Below are positions 10,486-19,359 of a stretch of DNA of 64,000 nucleotides, in pieces. Below the pieces are notes generated by a model. That model was not told the origin of the DNA and did not search any database. It worked only from the letters and a program-made list of their open reading frames with translations. Source of the DNA: an uncultured Candidatus Saccharibacteria bacterium (GTDB lineage: Bacteria; Patescibacteriota; Doudnabacteria; UBA920); the NCBI GenBank assembly GCA_964617815.1, contig CAZTXY010000001.1, positions 128-64,127 on the forward strand, given 5' to 3'. Numbering within the stretch: the first letter of the stretch is position 1; every line of letters starts with the position of its first letter. Made by a program: the position numbers and the translations under genes.

Positions 10486-10576
10486 AAAAAAAGTTCTTAG
10501 TGCTTAGTTCGTAGTGCTTAGTGTGTAACCCAAATGCAGATCTGAGGACTGAGCACTTAGGACTTGGGACTCCTGA

Positions 10577-10966
10577 TTAGGTCTTTTCTGAAGACTTCTT
10601 ACGGCCACTACCTGCTGTTTTTCTAATGTTACCGTGTCTAGTTCGGGAGTTAGTTTTAGTTCTTTGTCCTCGTACTGGCAATCCACGCATATGTCTGATC
10701 CCGCGATATGAGCCAATTTCTTTAAGTCGCTTTATATTAAGGACAATTTGTTGGCGTAAGTCTCCTTCAATTTTATAATTCTTTTCAATAAAATCTCGGA
10801 GCTTGTTAACATCTTCATCACTAAGATCTTTGGTACGAATATTTGGATCAATTTTGGTCGCAGCTAAAATTTTCTTAGATAATGTCAAACCAACACCAAA
10901 AATATAAGGCAATGCTGCTTCAATTCTTTTTTCGTTTGGAATGTTTACTCCTGCGATACGGGCCAT
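10577..10966 (-). CDS. rpsM: 30S ribosomal protein S13
   Basis: [10 protein letters not shown]...[16 protein letters not shown]. Confidence 0.9.
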   Translation of the reverse strand: MARIAGVNIPNEKRIEAALPYIFGVGLTLSKKILAATKIDPNIRTKDLSDEDVNKLRDFIEKNYKIEGDLRQQIVLNIKRLKEIGSYRGIRHMRGLPVRGQRTKTNSRTRHGNIRKTAGSGRKKSSEKT

Positions 10967-11019
10967 AAAATAGATGAAAAGTTAAAAAGTAATAATTTGA
11001 TAATTTTGGGGTTGAGTAC

Positions 11020-11133
11020 TTAACCCTGACGTTGTTTGTGCTTCGGTGTTGTGCAAATAACGTAAACTCGGCCAAACCGTTTTACGATTTTACAATTTTT
11101 GCACATTGGTTTTACACTTGCTCGGACTTTCAT
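11020..11133 (-). CDS. rpmJ: 50S ribosomal protein L36; not in the ORF track, found by manual translation
   Basis: Minus strand translates to [37 protein letters not shown], 37 aa; canonical position between infA and rpsM. Confidence 0.8.
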   Translation of the reverse strand: MKVRASVKPMCKNCKIVKRFGRVYVICTTPKHKQRQG

Positions 11134-11187
11134 AAAAATAAATTCAAATTGATCTGATAAATAAGTAGTATTTGGTGACTAAGGTTT

Positions 11188-11424
11188 TTAAATCTGACGA
11201 AGTCTTCGAGTAATTCGCCCTTTTTTTAGATCATAAGGGGTCATCTCAATTAAAACTTTGTCTCCTGGTAAAACCCTAATTCTATTCAAACGCATCTTTC
11301 CGGCTAAATGTCCTGTAATAATTTGGCCAGAATCTAATTCGACGCGAAAAACAGCATTAGGCAAGCTTTCTAAAACCTTGCCTTCGAGTTCAATTGTTTG
11401 CTTATTTTGGTCTAAACTTCCCAA
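11188..11424 (-). CDS. infA: translation initiation factor IF-1
   Basis: S1-like fold sequence [16 protein letters not shown]...[10 protein letters not shown]...[14 protein letters not shown]. Confidence 0.9.
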   Translation of the reverse strand: MGSLDQNKQTIELEGKVLESLPNAVFRVELDSGQIITGHLAGKMRLNRIRVLPGDKVLIEMTPYDLKKGRITRRLRQI

Positions 11425-11473
11425 ATTCGTGTGTGCGGAGATAAATAACCAATAAAATACATAAATCTAAATA

Positions 11474-11501
11474 ATTGTAGCACAAATAGGCAAAATGTCA
11501 A
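11474..11501 (-). promoter_or_regulatory. putative sigma70 promoter upstream of infA (TTGACA-16-TACAAT)
   Basis: Hexamers read on the minus strand about 45 nt upstream of the infA start. Confidence 0.4.
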
Positions 11502-11603
11502 GAATTTTAAAACTATTGCCAAATGAGTTGACAAAAACAAAAATTTATTGTCAAATTAAGAATTTTTATCAACAAAACTGTCTAAAAATCTCAAAAACAA
11601 ACT

Positions 11604-13289
11604 CTACCGTTTAATCTCAATATCTACCCGCTGACTAAATCTTGGAAGAGTGCTTTGCCAGCTTGGTTTCAGCAAAACCTCAACTCGGTCAACGTCATCA
11701 GCTGACAACAAAATCTCCCCTGCTTCCTGTTTCGTTTTTCCTAACAATTGTGGCATCAGTCCTTCTAAATCAAGCTCTGCGATGGCTTGAGACTCGTAGT
11801 GCACAGACAAAGTTGCAGTCCCAGCTGCAATATCCATTACTTTAACTTCATATTTTATATTGTCCAGCGATGGATCTTGCAGTGTTCGATTGCCTGATAA
11901 ATTAGTGACAATTCGGTCACGCATTAACTGACTTAATTGAGAAGAATCAAATGCTAAACCTTTAATGTCTACTTTTGCTGTTGCAGTAAAGTTTGGACTT
12001 TCTGTGCCGGCAAGCTTATCGGGCACAAAAGAATTAAAAGTGACAGCGTAGCCTTTGTCTGGAATTATCAAATTACTATCTTTTAATTTTGTTCGCAACT
12101 CCTCGATAATTTTATTTTCTAACGCAGTCTTGGCTTTAACCAAATCTTCTTCGCTAATAATAGAAATAAACCGAGAAGTTCCGCCAACAATTGGAGTTTC
12201 AGTTTTCGCGTACAAAAATTGAGGATTACTCCCAAAAACTTGATTTGTAATTTCAATTCGCGTACCAGCAGGTAAATTATAATCTTCCCCGCCACTACTT
12301 GCTATAATTTCTGCAGAAACTGAGCCTTCTTCTTTATTACTAGAGGGTTTAATCCCAGCTTGGTCTAAAGTAAAAGTATAATTTTTGTTACCGAGCGTTA
12401 AAGTGGTGGTAGCAGCTTTTAAATTAAGAGGATTTGAGGTTAAATTAAAAATTTTAACGGTCCCATGAGCTTTCGTTCCTACTTCTTTTTTCCCTGTAGT
12501 AGCAAAAGACTCCTCGGCCGTCATTGTCTCTTGGACCCGCTCTGCTTGCAAAAATGGCGATCTGACATCGGAATTAGTCGTGGCAGAATTTAATAGTACG
12601 TCAATGTCTCTGGTAATCGGCTGACTTTTGGCATATACCAAAATTTGTGCTCTTGGCAAGATTACAAAGACTACCAACAAAACAATAATTAAAAACACGC
12701 TGATAATTCCAATCGCAAACTTTCTGTATCCTCGCGCTTTTTTTCGAGTTAACTCTTGCTCAAAGGCGGGAGCCTCATCAAATAACGCCTGAACCAAGTC
12801 ATCTTGTTGGGCATTCTCTTTATTGCCTTGATGGACTGAAATATTAGGAACAGCAACTCGGCGAAGAGGAGCCTTGCCAACCCTTTCCATTCTTACTGCA
12901 ACTGGACGCGGAATTTTTCTTGAAAGTTTTTTCTCAACAACTGGTGCTTCGGCAACTTCTAATGGCAGTGCTTGACTTGGGCTATGGGAGAATTCTATTC
13001 CTGGACGGATATCTGAAAAGTTTTTGTTAACAATTCTTTTGGGTAAAAATTTCAAATCAAAACCAGCCTCTTTAGCGTACATCTGACCCATTTCATCCAT
13101 TGTCAAAATTGAGAGTTTTTTCCCTAAAATGTCAGCCTGTTTTTTTAAAAGTCGCAGATTAATACTGTCGGCAAATAAAAAACTTTTTTTGGGGAAAACT
13201 AAAACTAACTCACTGCTGACCTCTTTTTTGAGGCGAGCAGTAATCTTAGTAATATCATCCTCTAAATTTAGATAGAGGGTTTTTATCAT
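11604..13289 (-). CDS. hypothetical bitopic membrane protein (cytoplasmic N-domain of about 190 aa, one TM, large extracytoplasmic domain)
   Basis: 561 aa; single hydrophobic stretch IGIISVFLIIVLLVVFVIL; no recognised motif. Confidence 0.35.
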   Translation of the reverse strand: MIKTLYLNLEDDITKITARLKKEVSSELVLVFPKKSFLFADSINLRLLKKQADILGKKLSILTMDEMGQMYAKEAGFDLKFLPKRIVNKNFSDIRPGIEFSHSPSQALPLEVAEAPVVEKKLSRKIPRPVAVRMERVGKAPLRRVAVPNISVHQGNKENAQQDDLVQALFDEAPAFEQELTRKKARGYRKFAIGIISVFLIIVLLVVFVILPRAQILVYAKSQPITRDIDVLLNSATTNSDVRSPFLQAERVQETMTAEESFATTGKKEVGTKAHGTVKIFNLTSNPLNLKAATTTLTLGNKNYTFTLDQAGIKPSSNKEEGSVSAEIIASSGGEDYNLPAGTRIEITNQVFGSNPQFLYAKTETPIVGGTSRFISIISEEDLVKAKTALENKIIEELRTKLKDSNLIIPDKGYAVTFNSFVPDKLAGTESPNFTATAKVDIKGLAFDSSQLSQLMRDRIVTNLSGNRTLQDPSLDNIKYEVKVMDIAAGTATLSVHYESQAIAELDLEGLMPQLLGKTKQEAGEILLSADDVDRVEVLLKPSWQSTLPRFSQRVDIEIKR

Positions 13290-13353
13290 ACTGGAAATTT
13301 AGCTAATATTTGTCTTTATTCTAAGGCAATTCTAGGGGCTTTGGCAAATCAAC

Positions 13354-14523
13354 CTATAATAAACCCTTATAACCTAAGCGTTTGTTAAAACTAATATTCT
13401 TACTATTTTCAACAGCAGGCTGGTCAAAAGCGTTTACATCTCGCAAAATCGCACTATAAATAGCATACATTTGCCAAAAAGCGATAAGCTCACCGATAAC
13501 TAAAGGGTCGCGATCTGGTAAGGACATGTGAATTACGGGGATGCTTTTAATCTTTGCATCCTCGAGCGTACCTTCAAGCTCAAATTGCATCGCAGCCCCA
13601 AGCGGGACCTTATTGAGCATATGCAAATGTTGATTTTTTATCGGCACGCTATGCAAGCTAGGAGGAACTATTGTTTCAGTTTGATGACGATAACTATCTT
13701 GGCTAATAAAACAACCAATAATATTTTTTCTACCTCCTAAGAAACGTTGGTTGGTGTGATGCTGTGACTCTGGTGCTTCATGCACAAAATATGTTTGCCC
13801 CAGACCACCTTTGCCAAATGTTTCGTGACAAAGCTGAACAATTAAAGTACTCAAAGCAAATAAATAATGCGAATAGATTGGAATAAAAACATTGCTATAA
13901 CCTTTGCTCTCGAGTTGGTAAATCACACTAGCTAATTTCCATGCTAAATTATCGCCAGCAAACTGTTTATACAAAGGCTGGCCACCAGCAAAAAACTCTT
14001 GGACGGGCAAGCCTGCAATTGCAGCAGGAAGTAGCGCTACTTCTGTTAAGCCTGTAAACCTGCCGCCTATTGGTGGATAGTTTATGATACTGGCTTTAAG
14101 ACGCTTCCCAATTTCATAAAGTGGTGTGTCTTGCCCTGCCACCACAAGCAATGGATAGTTTATAAAATGCATCATGGCTTCTAACTGAGTGACAGTTTCA
14201 CCAGATTTACTTATGGCAACTACCAAAGTTGTTTTTGAATCTAATTTTGCTTTTAATTCCGCAATATCGTCTGGATCTAGTGTGCTTAAAAAATATATTT
14301 TCTTTTTTGTGCGATCATGCATGGCATAGTAAAGCCCATAGAGGCTGGTGATACTGCCTCCATGGCCTATAACTAAAATGTGTTGATAGTCTTTAAATTG
14401 TTCTGCTGCTAAACTTACCAACTCCCAATTTGGTTCATAGGTAATAAAGTTTGGCGGTTCGGCCAAACTTAATTCCTGGGGAAAACTAGCAGGCTTGGGA
14501 CAATTAAAAAAATCTAATTTCAT
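13354..14523 (-). CDS. SIS-domain sugar-phosphate isomerase, probably bifunctional phosphoglucose/phosphomannose isomerase
   Basis: ILVIGHGGS...VVAISKSGETVTQ is a SIS phosphosugar-binding motif; size 389 aa. Confidence 0.55.
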   Translation of the reverse strand: MKLDFFNCPKPASFPQELSLAEPPNFITYEPNWELVSLAAEQFKDYQHILVIGHGGSITSLYGLYYAMHDRTKKKIYFLSTLDPDDIAELKAKLDSKTTLVVAISKSGETVTQLEAMMHFINYPLLVVAGQDTPLYEIGKRLKASIINYPPIGGRFTGLTEVALLPAAIAGLPVQEFFAGGQPLYKQFAGDNLAWKLASVIYQLESKGYSNVFIPIYSHYLFALSTLIVQLCHETFGKGGLGQTYFVHEAPESQHHTNQRFLGGRKNIIGCFISQDSYRHQTETIVPPSLHSVPIKNQHLHMLNKVPLGAAMQFELEGTLEDAKIKSIPVIHMSLPDRDPLVIGELIAFWQMYAIYSAILRDVNAFDQPAVENSKNISFNKRLGYKGLL

Positions 14524-14570
14524 TTTTTTGTTTCGTATAAACTTTTTATCTTTTTTGTCTGAAATTTAAA

Positions 14571-16352
14571 CTATTCTTCAATAACTGCTTTAATGCGGCG
14601 CATTCCAGCTGAGACCGCTTCTTCTTTTGCAATTCTAACTTTACCAATCTGGCCTGTGTGCTCAACATGGGGACCACCACAAAATTCTCTGGAAATAACT
14701 TCGTTTGTTTTGGAATCTATAATTGTGTAAACAGAAACAACGTCATCGTATTTTTCACCAAACAGTCCAATCGCGCCAAGTTCACGCGCTTTTGCAAGAG
14801 GCATCATTTCACGTGTCACAGTCGCATCTCTCACAATCCAGTCATTCACTAAATCTTCAACTTCTTTTTTTTGTTCATCGGTCATCTTTTGCGGATAGGT
14901 AAAGTCAAATCTTGTTCGCTCTTCGGTAATATTACTGCCTTTTTGCCAAACATCTTCGCCAAGAACTTGCCGTAAAGCCTTATGCATTAAGTGAGTGGCG
15001 GTGTGGTAACGCACAACTTTGTCGCTAGTATTTGCTAAGCCGCCTTTAAATTCTCCGGCGCTGGCAGTTCGAGATAAGTCTTGATGTTTTTTAAATTCAT
15101 CTTTAAATTCTTGCTCGTCTACATGCTGACCTGAGGCTTCTGCTAATTCTTTTGTAAGTTCCCACGGGAAACCAAAAGTTTGATATAAGTTAAAGGCGTC
15201 TGTCCCAGTAATTTTATTTTGGGAAGCAAACTGTTTCTCAAATTCTTTCAAACCTTTTTCCAAGGTTTTAACAAACTTAGATTGTTCTCCTTCAATGATG
15301 GCAAAAATGTGCTCAGATCGTTCAACCAATTCAGGATAACTTTCAGCATAAATGGTTACAACTTTACCGACTAAACTTTCAAGCCAATGCGGCTGTAAAT
15401 TAAGTAACTTGGCGAAGACCATGGCGCGACGAAGAAGTCTTCGGACAATATAGCCACGATCTTTATTTGAAGGCTCAACGCCATCCCCCACAATGAAAAC
15501 GCTAGCTCGGATGTGATCGACAATAATACGAGCTCGCCTAACTTCAGTGTTAGTCATAATATCTTGCGACAATGCAATAACTTCAAATAATGGCGCAAAA
15601 AGTTCAGTATCATAAACAGAAGTTTGACCATTAAGCACAGTCAGTGTGCGATCTAAGCCCATACCTGTATCAACGTTTGTTTTTGCCAAAGGAATTAGTG
15701 CTCCATCGGCTTTCTTTTCATACTGCATGAAGACATTATTCCAAATTTCTACCCAACGCTTATCGTCTTTGGTTTCTTGAAAATTTGCCGGAGTTGGAGT
15801 GCCGTCATCTATCCAGTAAAACATCTCTGTGTCTGGTCCACATGGTCCTGTGGTCCCCGCAATCCACCAGTTATCTTCTTTTGGCAAAAATGCAACGCGT
15901 GAATCCGGTACCCCTAGAGATTTCCAAATCGAAGCAGATTCATCATCACGAGGGGCGTCTTCGTCACCTGCAAACACTGAAAAAGCTAAACGATCTAAAG
16001 GAATATTTAACCACTCTGGTGAAGTTAAAAATTCAAAGCTCCATTTTATAGAGTCTTCTTTGAAATAATCTCCCAAACTCCAGTTGCCGAGCATTTCAAA
16101 AAAAGTTAGATGAGTGTCATCACCCACTTCATCAATATCGCCAGTGCGAATACATTTTTGCGAATTTGCTAAACGCTTTCCTTTTGGGTGATCTTGGCCA
16201 AGCAAAAAAGGCACCAAAGGATGCATGCCGGCCATGGTATATAAAACGGAAGCGTCATTCTCTGGAACTAAAGAAGCTGATGGAATAATTACATGGCCTT
16301 TGGAAGCAAAAAAATCAAACCATTTCTGTCTTAGCTCATTTCCTGTAATCAT
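14571..16352 (-). CDS. alaS: alanine--tRNA ligase, short form lacking the C-terminal C-Ala/DHHA1-like domain
   Basis: Class II catalytic motifs (FFASKGH, CIRTGDIDEVGDDTHLTFFEMLGNWS) plus editing-domain HxxxH (HTATHLMH) and CGGPHVEHTG motifs; only 593 aa. Confidence 0.8.
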   Translation of the reverse strand: MITGNELRQKWFDFFASKGHVIIPSASLVPENDASVLYTMAGMHPLVPFLLGQDHPKGKRLANSQKCIRTGDIDEVGDDTHLTFFEMLGNWSLGDYFKEDSIKWSFEFLTSPEWLNIPLDRLAFSVFAGDEDAPRDDESASIWKSLGVPDSRVAFLPKEDNWWIAGTTGPCGPDTEMFYWIDDGTPTPANFQETKDDKRWVEIWNNVFMQYEKKADGALIPLAKTNVDTGMGLDRTLTVLNGQTSVYDTELFAPLFEVIALSQDIMTNTEVRRARIIVDHIRASVFIVGDGVEPSNKDRGYIVRRLLRRAMVFAKLLNLQPHWLESLVGKVVTIYAESYPELVERSEHIFAIIEGEQSKFVKTLEKGLKEFEKQFASQNKITGTDAFNLYQTFGFPWELTKELAEASGQHVDEQEFKDEFKKHQDLSRTASAGEFKGGLANTSDKVVRYHTATHLMHKALRQVLGEDVWQKGSNITEERTRFDFTYPQKMTDEQKKEVEDLVNDWIVRDATVTREMMPLAKARELGAIGLFGEKYDDVVSVYTIIDSKTNEVISREFCGGPHVEHTGQIGKVRIAKEEAVSAGMRRIKAVIEE

Positions 16353-16389
16353 ATTGGTATTATATCTAAATTTTGAAGATAAAAGAAGA

Positions 16390-16415
16390 GCCGGCGTCCC
16401 TCGTGGAACGCCGGC
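16390..16415 (-). terminator. hairpin terminator downstream of the island-A gene
   Basis: Stem GCCGGCGT/ACGCCGGC followed by a T-rich run on the minus strand. Confidence 0.5.
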
Positions 16416-16438
16416 ATACTCGAACCTACTAACAATGA

Positions 16439-17479
16439 TTACCGCGCCGGAATACGTCCGGCAGAAACAAGCAATCGCTTGAGCAGTTTGTTCGTCTGAG
16501 CGCCAATCTTATTGGATCTCCGAACCTCAGCCAGGATCTCCTTGAGAATCACGTCTTGGCTGATGAACTCTTCGAGCTCAGGAGGCTCCACTGCCAAGTT
16601 GCGACTGGTCGGAGCAGAATCTGCAGACAACACCCCAGTGGCAGTGTCGATGATCCTCTGGGCGTCCGAACCTGCCGGCACTTCGAGTTCACTTGTGCTG
16701 AAACGTAAGTCAACTCGCTCATTGAAAAATGCCTTAGCCAAATCTGCGAAGAGCAAGCGCCTTTCGATCAGCGTATTAATCATCATCACTTCAATGGCCG
16801 TCCGATGAACAGGATCCATATCCCATCCATTGTTTACCAGTAGTTGCATAAACAGCTGACCCCTCTCCAAGTCAATGCCCACGATGTACATGGTCGGCTC
16901 GATGAATCCCCGGTCTCGAGTTTGCTTGGTAAGCTCTTCGCACACCTCATCATAGAGACGCGGAAAACTTATATACCGGAGAGTTCCTTGATACCCTCCG
17001 AAGTCAAGGGGTTTATCTAGCGGCTTATACTGGGGATACTCCGCGAAGTTATGCACGAACTGAAACAGCATGCTCAGTTGTGGGAGACTAGTCATCTGAC
17101 TTTTGATCTTGTTGACCTCCACGATCCAGTCTGGATCATTAGTCGATGACCCCTCTGGTACTGGAGGTAAAGTATAGATCATGCCGCGGACTTTGCCCTT
17201 AGCCTTATGACCATCACCACAACAATACCCAATGTTCCCTGACGTAGCCCCCACAACATGGCAAAACCTTGTCAGCATGGCATTCCCGTGTGTTAAGACA
17301 TTGAGGTGATCTGGATCGCTCTTCTCCTGAGCACGAAAATCAGACTCAAAATCGTCTAGAGCTATTCCAATTTCAGGCGCAAACTTCGCAGTTAGCGCGT
17401 TGATGTTTGAATTCCCCCCTTTCAGATTTTCCCCCAAAATCTGCGTCGCCGCCAAGACTATTCCGGATTTATTGCTCAC
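16439..17479 (-). CDS. hypothetical protein in GC-rich island A
   Basis: 346 aa ORF at about 50% GC versus under 40% for flanking genes; GGGAGG RBS 6 nt upstream; Cys-rich patch CHVVGATSGNIGYCCGDGH; no family recognised. Confidence 0.5.
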   Translation of the reverse strand: MSNKSGIVLAATQILGENLKGGNSNINALTAKFAPEIGIALDDFESDFRAQEKSDPDHLNVLTHGNAMLTRFCHVVGATSGNIGYCCGDGHKAKGKVRGMIYTLPPVPEGSSTNDPDWIVEVNKIKSQMTSLPQLSMLFQFVHNFAEYPQYKPLDKPLDFGGYQGTLRYISFPRLYDEVCEELTKQTRDRGFIEPTMYIVGIDLERGQLFMQLLVNNGWDMDPVHRTAIEVMMINTLIERRLLFADLAKAFFNERVDLRFSTSELEVPAGSDAQRIIDTATGVLSADSAPTSRNLAVEPPELEEFISQDVILKEILAEVRRSNKIGAQTNKLLKRLLVSAGRIPAR

Positions 17480-17544
17480 GGTCTTCCTCCCTTTGGTGCG
17501 CTAGTAGCGCAAAAATGTCGGCGTCTGTTGTGCGCGAACATCCT

Positions 17545-17573
17545 AATATATAACAAAAACCGGCTTTAGTCAA
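17545..17573 (-). promoter_or_regulatory. sigma70-like promoter for the island-A gene (TTGACT-17-TATATT)
   Basis: Hexamers read on the minus strand; the -35 overlaps the terminator hairpin (17558-17580) of the upstream cyclase gene. Confidence 0.5.
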
Positions 17574-17592
17574 GCCGGTTTAGTAATTCTTC

Positions 17593-19359
17593 TTAAATTT
17601 TCTCTAAATCAAGTGTGTAAATTTTAATTGGCTCTACTCGCCCCTTCACCGTAGCGTCGTCTACATAAACTAATGGATATTCTTTTTTTAACAAATCTTT
17701 GGTGGACTGACTAATAAGAATTTTAGTATTGTACTGCTTATTAGAACTTTCTAAGCGTGATGCGGCGTTAACAGTGTCACCCATCGCAGTGTAATCAAAA
17801 CGCTGATCAGAACCAACATTTCCTACAACTGCAGGACCGCTGAACAAACCAATCCCTATATTTATTTCTGGATCCCCGGCTGCAACTAATTCTTCATTCA
17901 AAATTTTCAACGCTTTTAACATTGCGATAGAAGTTTGCAAAGCTTTATCTGCCTGATCATCATCAACCAGTGGTGCACCCCAAAAAGCCATAATCGCATC
18001 CCCAATGTATTTATCTACCACTCCATCGCGCTCCAAAATAATTCCAGTCATTACGGTAAAATATCTGTTCAGCACGCGGACCAGTTCTGTTGGTGAAAGT
18101 TTTTCTGAAATTGTAGTAAAGCCACGAATGTCAGAGAAAAATAAGGTAACTTGTTTTTCTTCTCCACCCAATTTTACTTGAGCTGGGTTACTCATAATAT
18201 GATTGAGCACTTCTTTCGAAACATACTTACTAAAAATATCTTTCATTTCATGGCGTTCACGTTCCGCGCTAACATACCGAAAAACTATCAAACCGACCAA
18301 AGAAAGTATCCACGACAGCTGAACATGAATCAATGGCAAAACTATACCGCTGTCAAACAATATAACCGAAGCAGTAATCGCAACGATTCCAGAAACTAAG
18401 CTGACAATAAGCACAAGCCATGTGCGTCGAAATAGAATAAACCAAAGTAGCGGCAAAAAGCTTGCAATAAAAATGAATAGCAACATCTGCCACGGAGAAA
18501 CTTCATGCAAAGACCAATTTTGCAAAATCATGTTGGCAATATTGGCTTGTATTTCTACGCCCGGCATTTTTGTTCCAAAACTAACTGGCGTACTTTGAGT
18601 ATCCTGCAGATCCGCTGCCGTAGCGCCAATTAAAACTTTTTTTCCTGCTAATTCACTTAGTCGTTCTCCATTGGCGACCTGCCAAAAAGGAATGCGCGTA
18701 ACACTGCCTGGCGCACCTGCGTAGACAATTGACCGAACAAGTAATTCATTTTCATCAATCTCACGGCCTGCCATCAGTCTGCCAAAACTTGGAATACTGT
18801 TACCCGAAGAATCAAAAATAATATGTGGGTATAACCGAACCACGTTGTCAGGATCGGTAATTAAATTAATGTGCCCAAGGACAACAGGCTTATTGGTAAA
18901 CTGTAACTTTGTTTTAGTTAAGCTAGTTGCAGTCGGAGTTCCATTGGATAATTTTAAGTCCAAGGCTTCAACAGGCAAAACTACCGGGTAATTAGCTTGG
19001 CTGAGAGCAGTTTCCAAAGACAAGTCATCAGCTTGCCCCAAGCGACTGTCTTCAGCAAACATAACATCAATGCCAAGCCTTGCTGGAGCAACTTGATTTA
19101 ACGCACTAATAACTTTAGCAAACTCGAGTCTTGGCCATGGCCACTGACCAATTTTTTGCAAAGACTCGTCGTCAATTGCCACAATTACTAAGCTGGAATC
19201 AGCCTCTCTTCCCCCTTGCAAGCGATCTTGCAAAATTCTGTCCATCCCCGCAAACAAACCAATAGAATGCGAAGCATAAACAACTACAAAAATAACAAAA
19301 CACACTCCTAGTTGGCTAAGTATTTTTCTGTTAGATTTTACCCAAGCATTCTTTATCAT
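17593..19359 (-). CDS. CHASE2 sensor-domain adenylate/guanylate cyclase (class III)
   Basis: N-terminal CHASE2-like periplasmic region, TM helices, C-terminal cyclase motifs FSDIRGFT and YIGDAIMAFWGAP. Confidence 0.8.
   Translation of the reverse strand: MIKNAWVKSNRKILSQLGVCFVIFVVVYASHSIGLFAGMDRILQDRLQGGREADSSLVIVAIDDESLQKIGQWPWPRLEFAKVISALNQVAPARLGIDVMFAEDSRLGQADDLSLETALSQANYPVVLPVEALDLKLSNGTPTATSLTKTKLQFTNKPVVLGHINLITDPDNVVRLYPHIIFDSSGNSIPSFGRLMAGREIDENELLVRSIVYAGAPGSVTRIPFWQVANGERLSELAGKKVLIGATAADLQDTQSTPVSFGTKMPGVEIQANIANMILQNWSLHEVSPWQMLLFIFIASFLPLLWFILFRRTWLVLIVSLVSGIVAITASVILFDSGIVLPLIHVQLSWILSLVGLIVFRYVSAERERHEMKDIFSKYVSKEVLNHIMSNPAQVKLGGEEKQVTLFFSDIRGFTTISEKLSPTELVRVLNRYFTVMTGIILERDGVVDKYIGDAIMAFWGAPLVDDDQADKALQTSIAMLKALKILNEELVAAGDPEINIGIGLFSGPAVVGNVGSDQRFDYTAMGDTVNAASRLESSNKQYNTKILISQSTKDLLKKEYPLVYVDDATVKGRVEPIKIYTLDLEKI

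Noticed and set aside
9959-10576. Tandem heptamer repeats considered as a possible CRISPR array
   Set aside because: Units are 7 bp with no spacers of 25-40 bp and no leader or cas genes. They are microsatellite-like tandem repeats, not CRISPR.
16512-16808. 98-aa plus-strand ORF inside island A
   Set aside because: It is antisense to the 346-aa gene, Ser/Ala/Arg-rich, and has no start context.
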